From contig JAZOVF010000030.1 of NCBI GenBank assembly GCA_045658565.1, positions 208 through 64,207 on the forward strand: a stretch of DNA of 64,000 nucleotides. The letters are read 5' to 3'. Below, piece by piece: positions 55,800 to 64,000 of the stretch; within the stretch, counting starts at the first letter, position 1, and every line of letters begins with the position of its first letter. This stretch comes from Eubacteriales bacterium. GTDB lineage: Bacteria > Bacillota > Clostridia > Oscillospirales > CAG-272. The notes below the pieces were generated by a model that was not told the origin of the DNA, made no database searches, and saw only the letters and a program-made list of their open reading frames with translations. The translations under genes were made by a program, and so were the position numbers.

Positions 55800-56240
55800 T
55801 TAATTTAATGATATAATTGGCTGCTGATACATTTTTGTATAAAGCTGCTCTATTACCTTGTATGCAGCGCTTGCGTCGTTTAAATCAAGAACCGCCTCTT
55901 CAAAGGGACATATTCCGTCGCCGCGCCTGTTAATAATATTTTTCACAATCCTGCCGTATTCAACAAGTATTCCGCAAGACTTAAGCGCCGAAAGCGCACC
56001 TTCGCTGATAACCGATGCGTAAACTGCCTTGACATCCAGTATTGTATAGAGAAAGGCGGTGGCTTTTCCAACAACCTTATCAGCGGCATAATAGCCCTTA
56101 TAGCTTTTTTTTGAGTCAATAAGCTCAAGAAGCGGACTAACCCCTCTTTTTGTAGAGGTGAAAGTATTTTTCCCAAGGAGCAAAACGCAGGTGTAATTGC
56201 TTGATATAAGTAATTCCTTTGCTTTTTTCAGTTCGTTCAT
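55800..56240 (-). CDS. DUF1893-family protein (TM1506-like)
   Basis: 146 aa; ..YTCVL......TS..RGV.PLL... and GDGICPFE blocks. ATGA overlap with the upstream gene. Confidence 0.6.
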   Translation of the reverse strand: MNELKKAKELLISSNYTCVLLLGKNTFTSTKRGVSPLLELIDSKKSYKGYYAADKVVGKATAFLYTILDVKAVYASVISEGALSALKSCGILVEYGRIVKNIINRRGDGICPFEEAVLDLNDASAAYKVIEQLYTKMYQQPIISLN

Positions 56241-57370
56241 CCGTTTAATCTCTCGCTAAAGTCTTTCATCATTTCGCTAATCTTTATGTTTTGAGGGCAA
56301 ACCGTCTCGCAACCGCCGCATCCAAGACAGTCTGAGGGCTTTTTGCCTTCGGGGAGACCGTTAATTGCTCTTTTTATATGAAAGCTTCTTTGTGTGTAGT
56401 TAAATTCGTTATAAAGCTTGATGATAAAAGGAATGTTGATTTCAAGAGGACAATGTGAGGTGCAGTATTGGCAGGCGGTGCAGGGGAGGCTGGTCTTCTC
56501 GGTCATTTTTTTAGCAACATCAAAAAGAATGCCTGCTTCGTCCTCGTTCAGCGGTATATCCTCTTCATAGGTTTCAATGTTTTCTTTTAGCTGTTCAAGG
56601 TTAGACATTCCCGACAGAGTAACCGTAACATCAGGAATGGATTGCAAAAATCTGAAGCACCATTTTGCCGCGGAATGTTCCGGGTGAATTGCCTTTAGCC
56701 TTGCCTCATATTTCGGGTCAAGACAGGCAAGAGAGCCTCCGCGTACAGGCTCCATAACCCAGATAGGCAGTCCGTATTCTCTTAGCAAATCCACCTTTTC
56801 CTTTGCGCTTTGCAGTTTCCAATCAAGCCAGTTGAGTTGTATCTGACAGAAATCCATTTCCTTGCCGTAAGCGTCAAGAAAACGTCTCATAGTTTCAAGC
56901 GTACCGTGGGTAGAAAAACCTAAATATTTAATTCTGCCTAATCTTTTCTGCCTTAAAAGATAATCGTAGATGCCATATTTCGGATCTAAGAATTCGTTTA
57001 TATTCATCTCGCAAACGTTATGGAAAAGGTAAAAATCAAAATATTCTACCTTGCATTTCTTCAGCTGAGCTTCAAAAATTTCCTCCACCTTGTTAAGAGT
57101 GCTATGGTCAAATCCCGGAAATTTTGTAGCAATATAATAGCTGTCTCTCGGATACTTTGAAAGTATATCTCCTATAACGCTCTCTGAGTTTCCGCCGTGG
57201 TAGACCCAGGCGGTGTCAAAATAGTTTATACCATGGTTCATAGCGTAGTCAACTATCGCCCTTGCTTTTTCAACATCTATTCTTGCGTTATCTTCCTCCT
57301 GCACAGGCAGGCGCATACACCCCATGCCCAGCGCCGAAAGCTTAATATCCTTAAAATTCTTGTATAACAT
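56237..57370 (-). CDS. Aldo/keto reductase fused to a 2x[4Fe-4S] ferredoxin domain
   Basis: AKR N-terminus (LSALGMGCMRLP, INYFDTAWVYHGG) and C-terminal CTACQYCTSHCP and CLGCGGCETVCP. Confidence 0.85.
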   Translation of the reverse strand: MLYKNFKDIKLSALGMGCMRLPVQEEDNARIDVEKARAIVDYAMNHGINYFDTAWVYHGGNSESVIGDILSKYPRDSYYIATKFPGFDHSTLNKVEEIFEAQLKKCKVEYFDFYLFHNVCEMNINEFLDPKYGIYDYLLRQKRLGRIKYLGFSTHGTLETMRRFLDAYGKEMDFCQIQLNWLDWKLQSAKEKVDLLREYGLPIWVMEPVRGGSLACLDPKYEARLKAIHPEHSAAKWCFRFLQSIPDVTVTLSGMSNLEQLKENIETYEEDIPLNEDEAGILFDVAKKMTEKTSLPCTACQYCTSHCPLEINIPFIIKLYNEFNYTQRSFHIKRAINGLPEGKKPSDCLGCGGCETVCPQNIKISEMMKDFSERLNG

Positions 57371-57493
57371 ATTAGATTTTCTTCCTTTTTCTTTTTGTGT
57401 TTAGAAAAGCGTTTTTTAATTCATTTATATTATAACATTTTTTTGTTGTATCGTCAATTGTTTTTTTCTGCTTAATATTATCGCTTAACGAGA

Positions 57494-57521
57494 TTGATAA
57501 ATAGCGAAAAAGTGATATAAT
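57494..57521 (+). promoter_or_regulatory. Candidate sigma-A promoter: TTGATA-16-TATAAT with an extended -10 TG
   Basis: Read directly: TTGATA 57494-57499, TGa 57513-57515, TATAAT 57516-57521. Confidence 0.45.
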
Positions 57522-57596
57522 TATAACGCTCAACAAATTTAATATTGTCGCAAGCGAGTTTATTTTATCCTAAGGGATAGTATACTCTTTTTCGTC

Positions 57597-57839
57597 ATGC
57601 TTACGTTGGTCAGTTGGTTCTGTGTTGCCTTGCTGTTAGTCGTTATAAACGGCTTTTTAATTAAAATCCCGATTTTGCACAATATTATAGTGTCCACTTT
57701 GGGAATTATACTACTTATCTATCCCGTTTATCCTATCGGCTTGACGGCTAAGTTTACAGAAAAAAAGTGTCGGCTGTTTATTCGTATTCTTGCGGTGATT
57801 GAGATAATTCTTTCATTTTCAACCGTAGTGATACTCTAA
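57597..57839 (+). CDS. Hypothetical small membrane protein (80 aa), possibly itself a gene fragment
   Basis: Two or three hydrophobic helices, no SD before the ATG, and the frame stays open upstream to 57543. Confidence 0.3.
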   Translation: MLTLVSWFCVALLLVVINGFLIKIPILHNIIVSTLGIILLIYPVYPIGLTAKFTEKKCRLFIRILAVIEIILSFSTVVIL

Positions 57840-57929
57840 GGGCGGTTGAGTTTATTGTACCGAGCATTATAGTTTTTGTCGTTGCCATATTCGCAAAGAA
57901 TAAATTTTCAAACAAAGAAGAAAAAGAAA

Positions 57930-58213
57930 ATGGTACTTGAACTAAGAAATATTGACAAATCCTTTGGCGAGAAAGAAGTATTAAAGGTCGTATCTTTCAC
58001 AGAGGAAGGTGGAAAGGCGTTCGGTTTGCTTGGCAGAAACGGTGCGGGTAAAACAACTACTATCCGTATTCTGATGAACGTATTTCCTGCAAATAGTGGC
58101 GAAGTGCTTTTTGACGGAAAGCCCATTGACTATAATAATATCGGTATAGGCTATCTTACCGGAGAAAGAGGTTTGTACCCCAAAAACTAATCATAGATCA
58201 GCTTGTATATTAA
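57930..58213 (+). pseudogene. N-terminal fragment of an ABC transporter ATP-binding protein (NatA/DUF4162 type): frameshifted, then truncated
   Basis: MVLELRNIDKSFG...GLLGRNGAGKTTT...IGYLTGERGLYPKN*. After the A5 run at 58182-58186 the next frame reads LIIDQLVY*, which is the expected continuation. Q-loop, signature and Walker B are absent. Confidence 0.7.
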
Positions 58214-58231
58214 AAGATGTGGTAAATTGAA

Positions 58232-58705
58232 TTGTTTATCTATCTTATTGTGTTCTTCGTGCGGGGTTTCCTTATCTACGCTTTCCTTTACGGAGCAATC
58301 GGCTCAACCGCGTCCCAACTTGAAGATATAAACACCTCGGTTATGCCCATCAAGTTCCTCTTTATCATCGCATTTGTGGTGGTTATGCTTTCTATGAGCA
58401 GCGGCTTGGTTGACAATGCAGCAATGCTCGTTTGCTGGTATATCCCGTTCACATCTCCTATGGCTATGTTTACGAGAATTTGTATGAGTACGGTAGCTTG
58501 GTATGACATCTTTATTTCTATTGCTATTCTTATTGGCTCTACCGTAGGCATTGGAGTTCTTTCCGCAAAGATATACCGCGTTGGTGTTCTTCTTTACGGT
58601 ATGTCTCCAAAGCTTGGAATGATAATAAAAATGGTGTTTGGCATGCAGAAAAATAAATTTGTTGTTTATTTCGACCTCTGTTTGGAAATAATAACCGTAA
58701 AATAA
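58232..58705 (+). pseudogene. C-terminal fragment (about 150 aa) of an ABC-2-type permease
   Basis: ..GFLIYAFLYGAIGSTASQLEDINT..MP..FLFI... followed by 3 TM helices, typical of the last third of NatB/YhaP-like permeases. No start, RBS or N-terminal half. Confidence 0.6.
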
Positions 58706-58720
58706 AAAATGGAGGTCAAA

Positions 58721-59383
58721 ATGTTCAAACACGAAAAACAACTGTTTCACCCCGTAGAGGTTGAAAGACCGAATCCCCAGTATGCTGTACTTCTTCAGGA
58801 GCAGCTTGGCGGCGGTAACGGTGAGCTTAAGGCGGCAATGCAGTATATGTCACAGAGCTTTCGCATTAAAGATCCCGAGATCAAGGATCTCTTTCTCGAC
58901 ATAGCAGCCGAGGAGCTTGGACACATGGAAATGGTGGCTCAAACCATAAATCTTTTAAACGGCCACGACGTAGACGTAACAAAGGTACAGGCAGGAGAGG
59001 TACAGACCCATGTTCTCTTGGGGCTTAATCCCGGACTTATCAATTCCTCGGGCTACTCATGGACAGGGGATTACGTCACCGTAACAGGCGACCTGTGCGC
59101 CGACCTGCTCTCAAACATTGCCTCCGAGCAAAGAGCAAAGGTTGTATATGAATATCTCTACCGCCAGATAGATGATAAGAAGGTCAGGGAAACTATAGAC
59201 TTCCTGCTCAACCGCGAGGAAGCTCATAACCAGATGTTCCGCGATGCCTTCAATAAGGTACAGCAGACAGGCTCCAACCGTGACTTCGGCACAACAAAAG
59301 CGGCAAAAATGTATTTCTCGCTCTCAAATCCCGGCCCTAATACCTTCGCCACCGGCGAAACCCACGCCCCATCCTTCAAATAA
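58721..59383 (+). CDS. Manganese catalase family protein (CotJC/YdbD-like)
   Basis: NPQYA.LLQEQLGG..GELKAAMQY..Q and AAEELGHMEMV di-Mn ligand motifs. GGAGG RBS. Confidence 0.85.
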   Translation: MFKHEKQLFHPVEVERPNPQYAVLLQEQLGGGNGELKAAMQYMSQSFRIKDPEIKDLFLDIAAEELGHMEMVAQTINLLNGHDVDVTKVQAGEVQTHVLLGLNPGLINSSGYSWTGDYVTVTGDLCADLLSNIASEQRAKVVYEYLYRQIDDKKVRETIDFLLNREEAHNQMFRDAFNKVQQTGSNRDFGTTKAAKMYFSLSNPGPNTFATGETHAPSFK

Positions 59384-59481
59384 TAAAATATCTTATAAAA
59401 GGCATACAGACCAAAAAACGGTGTGTATGCTCTTTTGCTGAAAATATAAATACTGTATAGACACTATTTTTTCAAAACTCC

Positions 59482-59510
59482 TTGCAAAAAGGGAAGTTTT
59501 ATAGTATAAT
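59482..59510 (+). promoter_or_regulatory. Sigma-A promoter: TTGCAA-17-TATAAT about 180 nt upstream of ychF
   Basis: Read directly: TTGCAA 59482-59487, TATAAT 59505-59510. Confidence 0.55.
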
Positions 59511-59516
59511 CTATGT

Positions 59517-59691
59517 GTTGTTAATTTTCCATTCTGTAAAATTAACTGGGTTGCCGTCGTAGCACCGCTCCAAAAACCGTGTGTTTTCGCACATTCCTTG
59601 AAATACGCTTGTTCGAGCTTACCGGTAAGCCGACAGACTCAAACTTCGTGTATTATAATAAATAGTTAATAAAAAAAGGAAGTATTTATAT
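59517..59691 (+). other. Long structured 5' leader or small RNA of unknown class upstream of ychF
   Basis: 9-bp hairpin GTTAATTTT-N9-AAAATTAAC (59520-59546) and the palindrome GCTTACCGGTAAGC (59617-59630). No ORF, and no terminator before ychF. Confidence 0.3.
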
Positions 59692-60786
59692 ATGAAACTT
59701 GGTATCGTTGGTCTTCCTAACGTTGGAAAGAGCACACTCTTTAATGCCTTGACAAATGCAGGGGCAGAGAGCGCGAATTATCCTTTTTGTACAATAGACC
59801 CTAATGTTGGTGTTGTTGCAGTACCCGATAAGCGTCTTGATAAGCTGGCAGAAATGTACAATCCCGAAAAGTACACTCCCGCAATTATCGAATTCGTTGA
59901 TATTGCAGGTCTTGTTAAGGGGGCATCACAGGGCGAGGGGCTTGGTAACAAATTCCTTGGTAATATTCGTGAGGTTGATGCGGTTGTTCACGTTGTTCGT
60001 TGCTTTGTAAATGACGATATTATTCACGTTGAGGGAAATGTCGACCCTCTTCGCGATGTTGAAACAATAAATCTTGAGCTTATCCTTTCCGACCTTGAGG
60101 TTGTTGAGAGAGCTATCGACAGAACCGTTAAGGCTGCGAAGTCTGATAAAAAGCTTCTTGAAAAACTTGCTGTTCTCGAAAAGGTAAAAACAGCTCTTGA
60201 GGCAGGAAAGTGCGCTCGCACAGTTGAGCTTGATGCAGACGAGCTTGCATGGATAGAGGAGTCAAGACTTCTTACATTAAAGCCTACAATTTATGCAGCC
60301 AATATCTCTGAAAGCGAGGTAGCTGGCGAATACGTTAACAACGAGGGATATATCGCACTCAAGGCTCACGCTGATTCTGAGGGTAGCGAGATAATTGCTG
60401 TCAGCGCACAGATTGAGGCAGAGCTAGCTGCTCTTGACGGTGAGGAAAAGGAAATGTTCCTCTCTGACCTTGGAATTGAGGAATCCGGACTTGATAAGCT
60501 TATTAAGTCAAGCTACTCGCTTCTGGGTCTGATAAGCTTCCTGACCGCAGGTCCTAAAGAGGTTCGCGCCTGGACAATAAAAAAGGGCACGAAAGCTCCC
60601 GGTGCTGCTGGTAAAATACATACCGACTTTGAGCGCGGATTTATTCGTGCCGAGGTTGTTACGTTTGATGACCTTGTCAGAGAGGGGGACAGAAATAAGG
60701 TTAAGGAAAAGGGCCTTCTTCGCTCCGAGGGTAAGGAGTATGTAATGAAGGACGGCGACATTGTCGAGTTCCTCTTCAATGTTTAA
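59692..60786 (+). CDS. ychF: Redox-regulated ribosome-associated ATPase YchF
   Basis: [36 protein letters not shown], and a C-terminal TGS domain. Confidence 0.97.
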   Translation: MKLGIVGLPNVGKSTLFNALTNAGAESANYPFCTIDPNVGVVAVPDKRLDKLAEMYNPEKYTPAIIEFVDIAGLVKGASQGEGLGNKFLGNIREVDAVVHVVRCFVNDDIIHVEGNVDPLRDVETINLELILSDLEVVERAIDRTVKAAKSDKKLLEKLAVLEKVKTALEAGKCARTVELDADELAWIEESRLLTLKPTIYAANISESEVAGEYVNNEGYIALKAHADSEGSEIIAVSAQIEAELAALDGEEKEMFLSDLGIEESGLDKLIKSSYSLLGLISFLTAGPKEVRAWTIKKGTKAPGAAGKIHTDFERGFIRAEVVTFDDLVREGDRNKVKEKGLLRSEGKEYVMKDGDIVEFLFNV

Positions 60787-63020
60787 TCTTCTAATATAAA
60801 TTCTTTTGGGTGTGAGTGTATCTCGCACCCATTTTTTATATAGTAATATGTGGTATATGACGGCATAAGCAGATTTTTGCTTGACAGTATAATATTGCGC
60901 GCGGATTTCAGCTCTGCCGTGAAATAAGACGGATATTTATAGCTTTTACCATGACGACCAAGTATGATTTCTGTCGCTTGACTCATTGCATCATAGGCTT
61001 CGGTACGGCCTTTGCCGTTTAATACTCCCGAGGAAATATAAGCAATCTTTTCTTCGTTTCCGTAAAGCATAAAAACGCTTTGAGCGGTGTCCTCGCCATA
61101 CGGAACTGTATAAAGCATACGTAACTTATAATCTCCTGCTGCAACCGTCTCGTTTAAATTAAATTCTCTGATTTCTGTGGTGTAAGAGTTTGTTACAGCT
61201 TCGATTTTGTTTAATATTGCTTTTTCATCTTCATTTGACGGCTTTGGAAGATATATGTTTGAAATCGGAATGTTTGAAAGAAGTACATCAAGCTCCTCTG
61301 AGAGCTTCCAGGAATAGTGAGAGGCTATATATTTATCAAGACTAAATATATCTTCTTTTATCAAAATATCCGTTGCGTCATAGCCTGTTGTGCTTGTGTA
61401 TGTGGCTAGGCTTAAAAGGGCGGTTTCTTTGTCGGATTTTATTAAAATTATATCCTGCTTGTCCTGAGAATAGTAGATAACCTTATCATCACACTTTGTT
61501 ACTAAATGCATCACTGCGCAGCTTATGTAAACAATCGCAAGTAAGCCTACAATTGTAAGCGCAAAGTTCTTTTTATTCTTTATATCAAGGATAATAAACA
61601 AAAGGAACAGTACAGACAGAATTATCACAAGAAGATTAACAAAATTATAATCCTTTGAAACAAAAATATCAAAGGAGGACATAAATGATGCTAACGATGT
61701 TGTGATTTTTACAATCGGGGAAAGCAAAAGTCCTATGGGAATCAACCACCCGATAATTAACATAGCTACGCCAAGGTACATTATAAGCTCAACGAATATG
61801 CTGAATATAAGTGTAGCTATCGGTGAAATCAGCGAAATGCCATTAAAAGTAAACTGGGTGATAAACATTGTTGCAGAAATGGCAAAGGCTGAAATCATAA
61901 GAGAGCTTCCTAAATAGGAGAAAAGTTTGCTTTTACCCTTTTTACTTTCTTTTATTTCTCCCGAAAGCTCCGAGAAAACAATAATGCCAAGAGTTGCGAA
62001 CGCAGAAAGCCATAGAGAAATATCATATATTGCATACGGTGAAATAATGCATATTAAAGCTACTGCTATTAAAAGTGAGGTTACAGAATCGCTTTCGCGA
62101 AAGACAAGTGCCAGTAGGTTTGAGAGAATAAGCATAATTCCTGCTCTCATTACCGAAACAGGGAAGCCGGTAATGGTCATATACAGGAGAGTAAAGCTTA
62201 TGGTAGATACTATTCTTATGTTCTTTTTGACACCCAGAAGCCTGAAGAGCTTTTCAAGAGCAAAAGAGAGTATTGCAAGATGCAGACCGCTGAGAGCTAA
62301 AAGGTGAGTAATTCCAAGCCGCCTAAAGTCAAGCTGAACCTCTTCTGAGAGCATATCTCTTTCACCGAGAAGGAGTGCTGCAAACATACTGCCTGCATCT
62401 GAGTCGGACAGCATTTTTGCATGTCTTGCAATCAATTCTCTAATGTGTGAGAAAATAGCCTCGGGTACAAAACCCTCGCTATCTGTAACTGTAAGCTCTT
62501 CTACGTTATTACATGAACCGCTTAAGCCCTTTGCATAGCTATAATGAGCGTACTCATCTTTGAAATCTTCGATATTACACTTAAAGTGTATTCGACTGCC
62601 CACCGTTAAATCGTTTGCATCGTCTGTGTCAACATACAAAATAAGCTTGTATTTTGAATTAGGCTCGTCATTTATACTATCTGTTTTTATAATATACTTT
62701 TTGTAATAGGATGTTGATTTTTGCTCTTCAAAGACGGTTGCCTAGACGGTTACTTCGCCCTCAAATCTTTGTGCCGCACAAAACCATAAATCAAAGTAGA
62801 TATACGAAAACAGCATAGAAAAGCAAAGCCCCATCGTGCAAGCAAGAAGAACGGTTTTCTTGTTCTTTTTTATAATCGAAATAATATAAAACGAAAGAAG
62901 CACAGCGGCGCTAATGATAGTTAAAATGCGAAAAATCAGGCTTCCGCGTGTAAATAAAACAAAGCCGCCCAGCATAATACAAAGTACTAGGCCAAGCGGT
63001 CTTTTATCAAAAAGTCTCAT
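60783..63020 (-). pseudogene. comEC: ComEC/Rec2-family DNA internalisation channel, interrupted by one in-frame TAG (62742-62744)
   Basis: The 92-aa ORF (62742-63020, N-terminal TM helices) and the 618-aa ORF (60783-62639, OB-fold plus competence TM domain plus C-terminal domain) share a frame. The 34 codons between them are open and read as continuous protein. Confidence 0.8.
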
Positions 63021-63040
63021 ATATTCTCCGTTAAATAGGA

Positions 63041-63967
63041 TTATTTTTCCTTGTAAGACGAACCCTTGGGAACAACAAAATTAAATGCGCCGGGAACAAT
63101 AGAGAAGTCGATATTTTTTGCACCGCGGATTTCTCCGTCAATACAAATAGGAATAGGAGTATCAAACTCCATTCGGAAATGAGGAACCTGACGGTGTCTT
63201 ATAACCTTAAGCGCGCTCTTGCTTTCAAGATATGTACCGTTCTTGTAAGAGCTTACCAGCTTAATAAATGTTAGTCTTGAAACCTTATCGATTGCCGTAA
63301 CATCAAAAAGACCGTCCTGAAGCTTTGCTCTGGGGGCTGCCTTAAAGCCGCCGCCGCAGAATTTGCCGTTTCCGATAGCGGTAAGAGTAAACTCCTTTTC
63401 AAGAACCTCTCCGTCATCAAAGATGAGCTTCATTTTTGTTCCGAATTTTTTAAACAGTACAACTACAACACCGAGTATGTATGAAAGTCCTGGGGTGACA
63501 AGCTTTTTTCTCTTAAGTCTCTCTGCCTCTTTAACAACAGCACAGTCAAAACCTATATTGACCATATTAACACAGTATGCGTCATTGTATTTTATAAGGT
63601 CAAGAGCAATAGGCTCACCGTCAATCTGTGCATTTATGTCAGAGAAGAGCTTTGTATTTGTAAAATTCCTTACAAAGTCGTTTCCGGAACCGTTTGGAAT
63701 AACACCAAACTCAGCATTGGGATTAGCAACCGCGCAGTTGCCCATTTCGTTAATTGTTCCGTCACCGCCAATACAGATAAAGCGTTGCTTTTCAGAAGAT
63801 ATTCTGACCATGGATTTTACATATTCAAGTGCATCACCTGAGCATGTTGTGTAATATATATGGTAGTTTAACTGCCTCTTTGAGCATATTTCTTTAATAA
63901 GAGGCTCTAGCTTTTTTTGTTTAGGGCTGCTGCCAGACTTAGGATTAAGTATAAAGTGATAAATCAT
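63041..63967 (-). CDS. Diacylglycerol/lipid kinase family protein (DagK/YegS/BmrU-like)
   Basis: ILNPKSGS and CIGGDGTINE motifs. The ATG at 63967 has GGAGGAAG 8 nt upstream. The ORF-track TTG at 63988 contains the RBS. Confidence 0.85.
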   Translation of the reverse strand: MIYHFILNPKSGSSPKQKKLEPLIKEICSKRQLNYHIYYTTCSGDALEYVKSMVRISSEKQRFICIGGDGTINEMGNCAVANPNAEFGVIPNGSGNDFVRNFTNTKLFSDINAQIDGEPIALDLIKYNDAYCVNMVNIGFDCAVVKEAERLKRKKLVTPGLSYILGVVVVLFKKFGTKMKLIFDDGEVLEKEFTLTAIGNGKFCGGGFKAAPRAKLQDGLFDVTAIDKVSRLTFIKLVSSYKNGTYLESKSALKVIRHRQVPHFRMEFDTPIPICIDGEIRGAKNIDFSIVPGAFNFVVPKGSSYKEK

Positions 63968-64000
63968 AGGAAAATCTTCCTCCGACAATACGTACTATAT

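Noticed and set aside
57543-57839. The 80-aa membrane ORF as a functional third component (for example an immunity or sensor protein) of the adjacent ABC system.
   Set aside because: No SD precedes the ATG, the frame is open upstream without a start codon, and the neighbouring transporter is itself destroyed. It is kept only as a low-confidence CDS or possible fragment.
62742-62744. The in-frame TAG in comEC as programmed recoding (pyrrolysine or read-through).
   Set aside because: TAG terminates several ordinary genes here, for example dnaE at 28613-28615, the aminopeptidase gene at 50490-50492, and ung. The window has no pyl genes and no PYLIS-like context, and ComEC is not a known recoded protein. 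A nonsense mutation or a sequencing error is far more likely.
1-64000. A window-wide look for CRISPR arrays, tRNA/rRNA genes, IS elements, integrases, phage modules, toxin-antitoxin pairs and known defence-system genes.
   Set aside because: No regularly spaced direct repeats, no cloverleaf-like or rRNA-like segments, and no transposase, integrase, nuclease or helicase genes outside the housekeeping repair set. The intergenic regions are short and are explained by promoters and terminators.

Overview
This window looks like a chromosomal core region of a low-GC, endospore-forming Firmicute, Clostridia-like judging by gene content (spoIIGA-sigE, spoVT, a bifurcating [FeFe]-hydrogenase). The exact taxon cannot be fixed without a database search. 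I call about 60 protein-coding genes, almost all housekeeping. They cover DNA replication and repair (dnaE, dnaG, ruvAB, recN, xseAB, ung, a parC-like gene), transcription and translation (rpoD, sigE, nusB, rplS, rpmE, prfA, hflX, ychF, tsaC, tmcAL), envelope (uppP, murB), cofactor and nucleotide metabolism (nadK, coaE, xpt, ackA) and proteostasis (a ClpE-type AAA+). I saw no rRNA or tRNA genes, CRISPR arrays, transposases, phage genes or recognisable defence genes. Several consensus sigma-A promoters and rho-independent terminators can be read directly. The best candidate for an uncharacterised system is a cassette of seven tightly coupled genes between hydC and hydB in the hydrogenase operon. 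It encodes 2 DRTGG proteins, 2 standalone GHKL ATPases, a PHP phosphoesterase, an H-cluster-like Fe-S protein with an altered catalytic motif, and a small 2Fe-2S ferredoxin. The operon is preceded by a promoter with a Rex-like operator. Other points worth a second look:
- Three independent gene-decay scars: an AraC/Gfo-Idh-MocA deletion junction, a collapsed ABC transporter, and comEC cut by a single in-frame TAG.
- An orphan lipoprotein-Wzz-BY-kinase trio directly after rpoD.
- A translationally coupled DUF1893 / aldo-keto-reductase-ferredoxin pair.
- A perfect 12-bp inverted repeat at the promoter of an orphan response regulator.
- An unexplained leader of about 175 nt upstream of ychF.
All functional calls rest on motifs I recognise by eye. 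No searches were run.
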